Shown: positions 1 to 11,335 of the stretch, one piece after another
How the letters are laid out: each line of letters opens with the position of its first letter
How positions within the stretch are numbered: the first letter of the stretch is position 1
Assembly: GCA_020891255.1 (NCBI GenBank)
Contig: BQFW01000006.1
Location: 1,302,001-1,366,000 of the forward strand
DNA: 64,000 bases
Origin: Entomortierella parvispora E1425
Taxonomy: Eukaryota; Fungi; Mortierellomycota
Direction: 5' to 3'
Made by a program: the position numbers and the translations under genes
The notes under the pieces: model-generated
Database searches by the model: none
Told to the model about the DNA's origin: nothing
What the model saw: the letters and a program-made list of their open reading frames with translations, nothing else

Positions 1-690
1 CACTCACTAGCACTGGAGTTGGCACAATACCTCCTCGATTGGTTGAATGGCGGCCCTGACGATCGACTTTGCTCTTTTTTTTTCTTCAACATGTCTCAAC
101 TGAGCGTGAACAAAAGATCTGTCGACGTTGACGATTCAAGAGGCGATCGAGCTGATTGTAATGAATGAGGCAGTGCAGGCTCAACTGTTGAAAAAACACG
201 TCGTCACGATATTTTGAAGTGCCGAGTCTGACCTACTAGCGTCTTATCGATGCACGGAGCTGATCTATTTCACTGTTTTTTCCATGCCTTCTCTTTGTAC
301 ATTGCGGTTTCTCGGTAGCTACAGTTGGGATGGGGGCGACAGAGTGGAAAGTCGGCGAATGCCTGGACAAAGTTCGCTCGAAGAATCCACAGGAACGGCG
401 AATCCGCCGCCCTCTTTTTTTTTTTTTGCTGATTTGCCGGTAAGAGTTGAGCACAAACCCTTTGTGATCCTTCCCAGGGCCCAATGAGCCTATGTGCCGC
501 CTCTTTGCTATAAAGATGGGTCCTTCCCACCATCAAAAAGTCGCTCACCAGCTTCCTATTCATACACACGCGTGTAAGTTTGTTCCCACACTCTCTCACT
601 CACACAATCATGTCGTCGGATCCGACCCTGGTATTATCTTTGACCCTCTAACGCCTCTTTTTTTCCATTGGGGTTTAGACAAAAAACAAC

Positions 691-1041
691 ATGCACAAAT
701 CAATCGTCTTGCTCGCCCTCTTGGCCACTGGTGCTCTTGCCCAGGGAGACTACCATATGGATGTCTGGAACAAGGCTGGCCAAAGACTCCGCTTCTACGA
801 TTTCAAGGGTCACAGATCTTGCTTCTGCCTCAAGAACACGCAAACTTCCAAGATCAAGAACGTGGATGTGGGTGATGCCAAGCTCTTTTCCACCAATGAC
901 TGCACTGGAAACTTTGCCACCATTACCAAGGGAACGACCAAAGTGAACATGGAGTGGGTCAACAGTTTCTCCTTTGGTGATTCTGGCAAGCCCTCTGTGG
1001 TGGCCGACCCCCACTGCCCCAAGTACACTGCCTACGTTTAA
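691..1041 (+). CDS. Small secreted cysteine-containing protein (116 aa), possibly beta/gamma-crystallin / killer-toxin-like fold
   Basis: Single-exon ORF with a clear signal peptide (MHKSIVLLALLATGALAQ), 4 Cys (SCFCLK, NDCTG, PHCP) and a beta-rich mature part. TATAAA lies at 509-514. The fold assignment comes from recalled resemblance only. Confidence 0.85.
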   Translation: MHKSIVLLALLATGALAQGDYHMDVWNKAGQRLRFYDFKGHRSCFCLKNTQTSKIKNVDVGDAKLFSTNDCTGNFATITKGTTKVNMEWVNSFSFGDSGKPSVVADPHCPKYTAYV

Positions 1042-1341
1042 CCAATAAACAGGAAGGCCATCCTTTGCCAAAAGTTCTTCGAGCCTGTGTTCAAAGAGCC
1101 AAGGCCTACCGCTTTTTATACCTCATTGTCAATTGTAATGCACCATTGTAGCTCTCTTGATCCCAGACGCCCATTACAGCAACGCGCCGTATAGGCAACC
1201 ACATACTGCGTCTGATGAAGCAACATTTTTATTTATTTATTATTATGTCTCTCGTCGCCATGAGAACACTGGTACCTGGAAACTTGAAAGTCAAGACAAA
1301 CGGATAATTTTTGATGTCTATGGTCATTGTATTGAATAGTA

Positions 1342-2610
1342 TCACCCTTCGACTAAATGGTCTTCACCGTCTTCGCCGTCGTCGCTGTCGTCGCTCGGGT
1401 GGTTGTCGTCGTCTTCGTTTCGGAGGCCGATGTTCTTGATATGGTACTCGAAATCGTAAGGGGACACATTCTCAAATTTTTGCTGCCAGCATCGGTACAC
1501 GTCTCCGGTTTCGAGTCCATCCGGGTGCTCGAGACAGATGTTGTGCAAAATCAAGCAGGTCATGATCCAGTCCAAGGCTCTATCCGTGTCATAGCTTTTG
1601 TTGATCTCCATGGGCAACCCTTGCAAGGAACTCCACTTCAGTCGGAGCCATCCAAGTGCGTAGACCATCATGTCGCGAGCCTCCTCATGCAGCGCATTGA
1701 ATTGAAGCTCATCGTCTGTGGCCTTCGATTCCTCATAGGGAGAGATGACGGTAGGGGTGATATCATACTCGATATCAGCCAACAAGAACTCTTCCTCGGC
1801 GAAATAGTCCCTTTTGTGAGTGTAAAGACGAGTGTTGCAATACGCCTTCCAGTCACCAACCGATCCTTTGTATCCCGTGGACGCAAATGTAAATCGACCC
1901 GTATGATCGCAGACGACTGTGCACCCCATCGCATGCCCATGTTTCTTGGTCTTCCATGCTGCAGTATCATAGGCAGGGGCTGATTCGAAAGAAAAGGCGG
2001 TGGCGTCCACAATTCCAATGACTTCTGGAAAGCCTCTCTCGCTCCTGAACCACTTCACAATTTCCTCCTTTCGTTCGTCATCCGGCCATGTGATGAATTG
2101 TTCCTCGAGCTCGCAGATGGCCTGAATGCAATGGTTTGTGTATTCGTGAATAGTTCCTTCGGTTTCCCCGAGGGCCAACGCAATGTCCTCGGCCGAGATG
2201 CCCTTGGACGACAAGCGAAAGAGCGCCACCGCCAGTTGGGTTCGGACGGGCGCCTGTGGATAGAGGGGATCAGGGCTCTCAAAGACGTCGTTGTTCTCGA
2301 TCAAGGATACAATGTGCTCGAATTGCCCCGGATACACTCGCACCACCGACCAGAACTGCTTTGGGCCAAATCGACTGAGGATCTTTTCCTTTTGCTCTAT
2401 GGCGATGGGTCCTGGTGCTCGAGGCTGGATGAATCGGATGGCGTACAGGGTGGCAAAAACATCACGGCAGGTGAAGATGGTCCATGGCAGAACGTAGGGT
2501 TCCTTCTGAAGCGAGAACGAGTCGTAATCCGGATGGGTCTTGTCCAACAATGTCTGTCCCTCCATTTCGAGCAGTGATTTGATCCTGATTAGATGTCGCA
2601 TGCACAGCAT
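1342..2610 (-). CDS. PIF/Harbinger (DDE_Tnp_4, HARBI1/ALP1-like) transposase-derived protein, ~420 aa
   Basis: Intact ORF with an HTH region (QLAVALFRL...IALALG...TIHEYT) and the family motifs GIVDAT, VVCDH.GRF, GSVGD, FLLADIEY, R..MVYALGWLRLKW and CLILHNIC, followed by an acidic tail. The start could be M at 2610, 2601 or the later MEGQ. Confidence 0.85.
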   Translation of the reverse strand: MLCMRHLIRIKSLLEMEGQTLLDKTHPDYDSFSLQKEPYVLPWTIFTCRDVFATLYAIRFIQPRAPGPIAIEQKEKILSRFGPKQFWSVVRVYPGQFEHIVSLIENNDVFESPDPLYPQAPVRTQLAVALFRLSSKGISAEDIALALGETEGTIHEYTNHCIQAICELEEQFITWPDDERKEEIVKWFRSERGFPEVIGIVDATAFSFESAPAYDTAAWKTKKHGHAMGCTVVCDHTGRFTFASTGYKGSVGDWKAYCNTRLYTHKRDYFAEEEFLLADIEYDITPTVISPYEESKATDDELQFNALHEEARDMMVYALGWLRLKWSSLQGLPMEINKSYDTDRALDWIMTCLILHNICLEHPDGLETGDVYRCWQQKFENVSPYDFEYHIKNIGLRNEDDDNHPSDDSDDGEDGEDHLVEG

Positions 2611-2733
2611 GCATCAATTTTTTTGGACCTCCAGATCTCACGTGACTCTCTTTTTTTTTCCATTGTTTTTTTTGAACGCGTCGGGGCAGGGTATATTTTG
2701 ATCAAAAAACTCAACGTTGACTATCTTTCACTT

Positions 2734-3996
2734 TTAAGCATAGTAGACACTGTTGGCCACGGCCGCGACCAAGCCTACCACGAGTCCGGTCACGGCGCCC
2801 ACCGCTCCTCCGACGATGCCTCCCAAGGCTGTGCCGACCAGCGACAAGGCGGCAGAACCGATGCCGGCGTACTTGAAAAATGTCTTGCTAATGGACTTGT
2901 TCTGCCTCTCCTGCTCCTTGGCCAGAGCCTCTGGATCACCTTCGACGGTGTCGGGTGTGACAGCAGCGGTCGATAAACCTCCTGGAGTAGAAAAAGCGCC
3001 TCCTACATCCGCGGCCGCTGGAGCGCTCGAAAGGGCATCGTTGATGGCTGTCAAATCTTCAGGGGCGATTGCTGGAGTCTCAGGGACCGATTGTGGAATG
3101 GGAGTAATGTCTATGGGAGCTGGGAGGGCCGTCAAAGGGTCCTCGACTGGTGTGGAAGGGACTGCATCTGAAGGGAACACGGGAGCTTCGGACAATGGAG
3201 GGGCTGCAATGGAGGGATCCACATCCTCTGGAGAGGCTGTCGGGGGCGCGGGAGAAAAGGTGGCAGAGACAGGTCCAGGAGTTGCGACTTCTTTTTCAGG
3301 AGTGTTGGCATCGATTTCCGGTGCCTCTGGCTGGGCAGGATCGATCGCAGTGGATGGAGGAATAGAGTCGATGGCAATGAGGGGTAAATCATCTCCTCTG
3401 GTTTGGAGAGTGGCCGTCAAAGTGGATGCGGAGGCTTCAGGTGAAGCAAGGCAAGAGATTGTAAAGGGGTCTGATCGACCAATGGCCACATATCCATCCT
3501 TTTTAGTGACTGACTCGACCTTGATATAATGCTCCTTTGTCGTACAAGGGATCGTGTGCTGCAGAATCTTCCAAGTGTAATCTTTGTGGTCTTTTGTTGA
3601 CTACGTTCATCCCAAAAAAAGAAGAGCGTATCAGTACCTAATGCGGGATGAGACGGCCTTGAATAGATATTAAAAAAAAAATATGAACGATCCACCTACG
3701 ACATCAATATTGATCGGATCTCCATGTTGGACATCGACCAGCGTCACCTTGACGGGGTCATCCCTGTTAACCATGGATGAATCACATCCAGACATGTCGA
3801 TCTTGATATTTGCGTCCTCGCCAGAGAGGACGAAACGCTGATCTCCAGACGCCTTTGCAGATGGGATGTCAACCTTGACACAATCCAATGGGTTGATATC
3901 AGCGTTCGTGATGGGCGCGGCAGAGACGGCCGTGAACAGCAACGCTGCCAATGTGAGATTGACCCACTTGAACGCTGGCTTGAATCGAAGCTGCAT
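2734..3996 (-). CDS. Secreted/membrane protein, 387 aa: signal peptide, Kre9/Ser-Thr-rich-GPI-family-like beta domain, Pro/Ala/Thr/Asp stalk, C-terminal glycine-zipper membrane segment; join(3700..3996,2734..3600)
   Basis: A GTAGGT donor at 3699 and an AG acceptor at 3602-3601 join ORFs 3670..3996 and 2734..3489 in phase 0 (DV|STKDHKDYTWKI...YIKVES...GRSDPFTISC). The C-terminus is hydrophobic. Confidence 0.8.
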
Positions 3997-4916
3997 GGCG
4001 ACTAGGGATGAGAGGTCTAAAACAGGGTCAAGGTATGGGAGGACAGAGAACGGAAAACAAAAAGTGCGTTAGAGAAAAAGGTTGTTTGTGCTCAAGATCC
4101 AACCTTATAAAGAAAGACGCTTTTCTCTATGACAACGGATCCCGACATTCTTAATCGTTTTTCGTATGACATTTCCGGTGGCAGGCTGTTGACGGCTATC
4201 TGTTTTGCACAGGAGAGGTCTGACTGACTGGCCTGCTTGCCACGCCAACGGGGTCTCCAAAGTTACCCAGAACACAATAGAATGAGAACCGTGGGTTTTT
4301 TCCTCAAAAACAAAAAAAGTAAACCTTGAAAAAGGGAAGAGAGGGAATCAGAATCCATACCGACCGTCCGAGTTGTCATCCCCGCTCGCTATGTTCTATG
4401 GCAGAAAAGTCCAAAGTTCCATGATCGCTCGGGACCTACGTTGTTGTCATTGAGATTCTTGGTGTGTTTATTATTAAATAACTACGCGCGGAAGACTCTT
4501 CCAGTCCATTCAGGAGCAGACAAGAGACAGAGGTATGGAAAAAAGAGAGACGGGGGTCTATGGTGTTCAATTCAAGCGAGTAGGAGCGACGGGCACGGTA
4601 TTAGAAGGGGAAAAAAAGAAAAGAAAAGCAATACAATGAACAAACGAGAGAGAGAGAGAAAAAAAGAAGAAAAAAAGTACAGACGATGATGGGATCCAGC
4701 ACATCGGGCAATAACAACGAGTTGATAAAAAAAAAGAAACACGGCAAGGCTACTCAATTAGCTATACAAATAATAAAAAGGGAGGGGAGGAGAGGGGGAA
4801 AGTTCTCTTCACTCAATCCTTCTCTCTGTCTGTGAGTGATTCAAAGGCAAACGAGAAAAGAAAAGAGGAAAGGGAGATGCAAAATGAAGATTTTCTTGAG
4901 AGGATCCTCTCTGTTT

Positions 4917-5166
4917 TTACATCTCGACCATCAGTCGATGAGGACCGCTGTTGCTGTTCATCGAGTTCAACCCAGCAGCAAGTTGCTGTTGCACCTGTTG
5001 CTGAACCTGCTGTTGTTGCTGCTGCTGCTGATGGGCTTGGGCCTGAGCCTGATTCCGCTGCTTCATCTGAAGCTTTGTCATCTGGCGCTGGTGGGTCTTG
5101 ACATGTTGTGCTGAAGAAGGATCAAAAGAAGAAAAGAAAATGTGAGCAAAAAAATGCAAGGATCCG

Positions 5167-5198
<32 letters not shown>

Positions 5199-8161
5199 CA
5201 AAAGACAAAGATACATTCCCCCTCAACTTACACAAATTATCCGAACGCGAAAACTTCTTTGTGCAGGTCGTGTACGGGCAGTTGAACGGCCGCTCCAAGG
5301 TATGGGTCTTGATATGGCGCTTCAGATGCTCAAGTCGCTTGAATCGCTTGGAGCATCCAATCACATTGCAGGTATGGTGCTTGCCAGAACCACCATGCTT
5401 GCTGCCGCCACCGCCACCGCCGTGGCCGCCAGAGCTGGAGCCACTGTGACCGTTGCTCGAGACATTGTTGGAGAGGGAAGAGGGCGTAGAGGTACCTGTC
5501 GTGGGCGTGATCGTCGCGGTAGAGCTCGTGGGAGACGGGCTACTAGCACCTACCACTGAAGAGAAGAGCAAGAAAATGTTAATTATCATCGCAAGTTTTT
5601 TTTTTTTTTTAGGTGCCGTCAGATTCTCTGTTTGGAAGAGGGAGCTTACCTCGGTGACCAGAGAGGCTGGTGGAAGAGGAAGAGGCAGATGAGGAAGAGT
5701 ACATGGGTTCATTCAATCCAGGAGCGGAAAACGGAGAGGTGGACATGAGTGGATGAGGAGGCAATGCAGAATTGGGGGAAGGATGCATCATGGAAGGGAA
5801 CCCTCCATGGTGTGGATGATGAGGCTGTTGTTGCTGTTGTTGAGGATGATGCGGGTTGTGTTGCAAGATATGGGCGGCGTGATGAGGATGTGGGTGGTGG
5901 AGGTGAGGGTTGTGATGCTGCGACAATGGGTGGTGGTGTTGATGGTGAGGATCCACGCTCGACAGTGGCGAAGCCGTCATCTGTTGTTGTTGCTGTTGTT
6001 GTTGAGCATAGTGCAGATCCGCCGCCGAGGACGGGGACGAGGAGGTATCCATGCCACTCGAAAAGTGGAACCCATGGTACTCGGGATGGTATCCAGGCTG
6101 GTGGAAGGACGAGACCGAGGAAGAGGTCGAATCTGCCGAAGGCAGAGGAGAATATGAGCTCGTCGTGGACTCGAGACTCGACTGGTGGTGAAGGACGTGG
6201 TGATGTTGCTGTTGCTGCTGCAACTGCTGTTGTTGGTGATGATGATGGTGGTGATGCAGGTTGACCTGGTCGAGCGGGAACCCAGCGTGGAGCATGGGCA
6301 TGAAGTGGGTCGAGATGGACGAGGGGAACCCAAAGTGCTCATAGTGCTCCATGGGGGATGGGTGGGGTGACTCGCCGTCGCCATGGCTCGTCAGCATGGC
6401 GGTCGAGACCGTGCCATCCTCGTACGGCTGCTTGTGGATGTCGCTGGGCGCAATCGACTTTAGGTCAAGGCGCACGGGCTCGAACCGTGGCACCATTGCG
6501 CTCAGGTTCTCGAGCGGGTCCAGAGGGTACATGGACGCGGCCGAGAAGGGATATCCGGTCTGGCTCATCATCGTGTAAGGCTCGTCTCCCTGCATCGACG
6601 AAGGTTCGCCAAAGGGTGAGCTTGGGGGTGAGTAATCGCGATGGTAATCCTCTGAGGTCTCGGCGCCAACTGTCTGGGACAAGGAGCCCTGAAGATCCAT
6701 GGCTTCGTGCTTGACGGACGAATCACCACCTTCTTCTGACGAGGGTCCATCCTCATCATGGTGGATCGATCCCTTCTTGGAATGAGTTCTCAGATGGGCC
6801 GAGAAGTTGTCCGAGCGACTAAAGGACTTGTCACAACCCTGGACACCGCAGACAAAAGGCCGTTCCTTCGAGTGGACCAACATGTGTCGCTTGAGGTGCT
6901 CGTACCGCTTGAAGCTCCAGCCACAGGCGGGGACCTTGCATGGGTGCTTGTTATGGCCGCTGTTGAGACCATGGCTGTCGCCACTTCCGGTGGAGGACAT
7001 GCTAGTGGTAGAGCAAACAGAGTTGTTGCGCTTGATCTTGACGCCTTGGTGACCTTCCAGAGGGCTATTGTTCTCATCGTCATCCTCCTCGTCCTTGATG
7101 ATCCCACTCTTGGTATCCTCACCAAAGACTCCATCCAGGGAGCTGTTCTGGAAGGAAGCCAAGAGTCCGAGACTGGAGGACGATGTGGAACTGATGGTGT
7201 TCAAGGCAGAGCCGGGCATGAAGCTCTCCGGCATGGGTGAAGGGCAGGCCGAGGAATTGGTCGTCGAGGGCAACATCTGGTTGTGGAAGCCATGGTGGGG
7301 TGTTTGTGCCATGGACGAGGCTCGGTAGTAGTGCATCATATTAGGGTCCACATGGGTGGCAAGTGTCGTCGTAGAGGCTGCCGATGAAGAGGACGAAGGT
7401 GGGGACGAGGATGTGTCGAGGGACTGGAACCCACTCAAGGTCGCCGAGGGAAACCCGCTATGGTTCCCAGCTCCGTTCAACATCAAAGAATTTGAGGACA
7501 GATTGGACCAGGAGGCTTGTCGGTGCAGAGTTTTTTCCTCTGCCGAGATCTTGCGTCGGTGCTCGGCCATGTCCGCCGTCAACGTGGGCACAGAATTGCG
7601 GCGAGGCAACAGTTGTTCCATCAAACTGCTGTTGTGACCATGCATGGCCATGAACGCGGCCGTGGTCGAGCTGGGGACCAAAGATTGGGATGAGAACGAC
7701 GAGGGCGAGGTAGGGATCGAGAGAGGGCCTAGCGTGGCCTGCACGAAAGCAGAGTTGCCCATACCATGGCTATTGCCGTTGGGGCTATTGGTCAAACTGG
7801 GGTCGATGTGGGTGGTCGTCGAGTAGAGTGGATGGCTATTGGGATCGGTTTGAAAGTGATGAAGTGAGTTGTTTTCGCTATTCATGGAGAGTGGGTGAGG
7901 ATGGGCCATGGGCGTGGCGCCAAGCATGATGTTGACGTTCTTGTTGCCCTTGAGTGACATGGGAGACGGATGGTGAGAGGTATGTTGTGGATGATGATGT
8001 TGGTGTTGTGGTGAGTTTGTGTTTGAGCCGACAGGCTGGGCCGTGCTCATCTCGACATCTTCAGACGTGACCCTGTTCCTGGGCGAGGACGACGTGGCAT
8101 GGGCCGTTGATGGACTAGACTCGTGGTTGGACATGGAGTTGAGGTGAAGAGAGCTGTCCAT
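4917..8161 (-). CDS. C2H2 zinc-finger transcription factor TF1 (Msn2/4- or Ste12-C-terminal-type fingers, two separated finger pairs), ~1009 aa; join(5650..8161,5232..5555,4917..5110)
   Basis: Fingers [19 protein letters not shown] / [19 protein letters not shown] and [19 protein letters not shown] / [19 protein letters not shown]. Donors GTAAGC (5649) and GTAAGT (5231) with CAG acceptors preserve the frame (3030 nt). Linkers are His/Gln/Ser-rich. Confidence 0.92.
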
Positions 8162-11100
8162 AGCTGTCTGCTCTGCAACTTTTTTTTTGTTTGTTGGCAA
8201 TGCAAAAGAGGATCAATTATAAAACGAAAAACAAAAAACAAAAAAGAGTCGAAAGCACAGCGAGAGCAGGACGCGAGCGGATAGTGTTTGGGGATTACAG
8301 TGGAGTGAAAAAAAAAAAAAAGAGAGAGCGACAATGAGCAACATTTGAGAAAAAAAAGACAAGAGAACAGAGGAGATGGCTGTGTTTAGTGACCAGAAAT
8401 GTTCCAATGCAATGACCAATTGGACCTGCGGGTTTGCTTACCAGTGCTATCGGCCATGGTTGTGTATGTGAAAAAAGTGAGTTGGGTGAGTGTCGGTGTA
8501 CTCAGGGAGGGGTACGGTAAGGAGACCTTGTCTGGATTGCGCCGATGACGATGATTTTGTGCAAAGGGGAAGAGAGAGAGAGAGAGAGAGAGAGAAAAGA
8601 GTCAGAGACGAAGATCAAAAGGATGGGAAAGAAAGAGAGCAGATGGTGGATCAGCAAAAAACTTGTAACAGCAGCAAAACCAAAGTAGAAACCCAGAAAC
8701 CTGTAACCTATAATGACGGCCACCCCAAAGACCCCACGTCTCTGACAAGTGCTCATCCATCCATGTCCCCAAGACTAGACCCACCGTCTCGTCGTCTGAC
8801 AAGGTTCTAAATATAACAACGACCTTCCAATTTTTGACCCGTAGGGAAATAGTACATACCGGCAGAGTGGGTCCCGCTTGGCTCAAGACGCGACAGGGTC
8901 GTGTCTCGCCCTGCTGAGCGACCTCTCTTTCCTCTGTTGTTTCTGGTTCCTATTTTTTTTGGCCCCCTTTTCCCTGTTCCCTGTTCCCCCCTCCTCCGCT
9001 TTGTCTCTTGTTTCTTCTTGGGATGCTCAGCAATTCCTTTTTGGGGATGCTGAATGGGGGGTTTGGGTACTTGACCATGTACCTTCAAGGCAGCGGAAGA
9101 AAATAAATAGAAAAAAAAATAAGAGAAGAAAAAAAAATGAAGCCCAACAAGAGCGTACAAAAAAAAAGGGAAACATGAAACGCCATCATGCAAAACGCAA
9201 ATAAAAAAAAAGGTGCTTTTTTCATGTCCTTGCCCACGGCATCGCATAGCCATCCTGCGATCAAACATCAATTTTTTTTTGAAAGGGCTAAATGGGTCCA
9301 AGCCAGGCATTAACCTTCCTTCTGGCTCAGCTCTGAACTGCGCCTGTGAGCAATTTTCTTTTGGCGTCCATTAACCCCAGAGCACTGTCCAATGGGCGAA
9401 AAATGAAAGAGTGAAAGAACTGGATCGTGCGCTGTGTTTTGAATAGGAAGGATAGTCTTTTTTGTTGTCATTGGGTGTTCGCTCACGCGTCCAACAACCA
9501 AAACAACATGGACAACAACAGTAACCACCATCTGTTCCTGCAACTGTTGACAGTTGGAGAAAAAAGACTTGCTAAAATGGAGCGATAGGGGGCGAGGAAA
9601 TAATAAACAGGGGGGAAGACCCAAAAGTGGATAGGTGCACGTTGCTCCAAGATCTGATCGTGCTTCAAGTCGTTTCTCGTAAATGAAATAATTTCGAGCC
9701 CTGTGATCCGCACCCGCTCATCTCTTACATGGAGAATGTGCAGGCCAATGGGTGAGCCACAGGGACGATCCCACATCCCTTCGACCAAAAACATTTGGGA
9801 AAAATGTGGTCCGTACAACGTTGACAGGGTGTTGCCCTTCCTCCCCAGAGGACAAGGAAGAGAGCAGTGGCACCAGCCAAGGCACACAGGGTTCAAATGA
9901 CAGACCAGCAAAACACACCGACAAACAACAAACCGTAAACTCATTTCCTCCACATACTGTTGGTTCGTGTATAATCTTAATCTGTGGAAGTCGGGGACTT
10001 ACCGAGTCTAGGATCTGGTCCTGTGTTGACGGAGCCTTTAAGTAGGTGTTGACACTGAAGGCTGAGGCCAGAACGGGTGGACTGGGTTCAAAGGGCGCGT
10101 GAATGGAATTCAGGGGAGAGAGAAGGGGGAAGGAATAAAGCGGATAACACGGTATCCAGGATCAACGGTTGGGGTATGTCGTGCCTTGTAGAGATACCGA
10201 GGGGTTTGGTTGGAATGTCGTTGAGAGTAATTGTAGGTGATGGTGCCTGGAACCTGCTTCTTTCTGTCTTTTTTGCTTTTCGTTTGCAGAATAGAAGGTG
10301 AGCAAGAGAAGAAGCGGAGGTAGATAGTTGGAGAGCAAGATAGAAGGAAAAAGAGACAGAGAGGAAACGGAGTGCGTGCGCAAGAAACGGAGAGAAGGGG
10401 TGAACAGAGAGTTGAGGAACTAGGGAGTGTATCTGTTGGAGGATCCCCTCAGTGGATTATAAAGCAAGGATAGAAAGGGTGCAACTGAAAAAAAGCGAAC
10501 GGGGTGAAGAGAGGAGGTGAGTGGTGGACGAGGAGGAGGGACAAGAAGAGGATCACAGAGTAGTTGTACTGTGGACTGGGGTTCGGAGATGAAAGGATGC
10601 CGAGAGGACGGAGTGGGAGGGAGGTCAAGAGTGCAAAAGAAGAAGGGAACAAAGAGAAGAAAAGAAGAAATATCGGAGAAGGATAAGTTTGTGAATGAAC
10701 TTTTTGGTGGGGGTGGAGAGAAGAAAAGAGAAGGGAAGGGGGGGGGAACTGAAGGAACGGTTTGGGTCAACGGTGTCGACGGACGGATCTCTGAAAAAGA
10801 ATAAGGTCTTGTCAGAGATGGAAGGGAAGAAGGAAGAGGGGGGGAAGAGGACAGGAAAGAGAAGAAATGACTGAATCGGTGCAGTGGGGACCATAGAGGC
10901 AGAGAGTCCAGGCTGGCTGCAGACCCTGCTGTACAACTCGCCCATGGTCCCTCGACGGTCCTCTGTGGGTTCCTGATGGTCGGTTCTGCTCTGCCTACAA
11001 GACGGTCCTCTGCTTACCTGTTTGTAAGAGAAATCCAGTGAGCAAGGGCAAGAAGCAACAAAAAAAACTGAGCCAGAGGATCCCGGCGGGCTCACCTCTT

Positions 11101-11297
11101 TGATGCTGTATGCTGCTGTTGTTATTGGCCGACTGCATGCAGATGCACTATTGACCAAAAGGTCATACCATAGTGTCCATCGGCGGGATGCCACAGAACA
11201 ACGATGGCGCCTTTGTGGCAATGAGGCCCCAGACTCTCCATTCTCCATTCCGGCACCTGCATGGTGATCGCACTTGCGGGTTGAAGATAGCGTGCGA

Positions 11298-11335
11298 GTG
11301 TGCGTGCGCGTGTGCGTGTGCGTGTGCGTGTGCGT
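11298..11335. repeat. 38-nt alternating purine-pyrimidine (GT/GC) tract
   Basis: gtgtgcgtgcgcgtgtgcgtgtgcgtgtgcgtgtgcgt. Confidence 0.9.
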
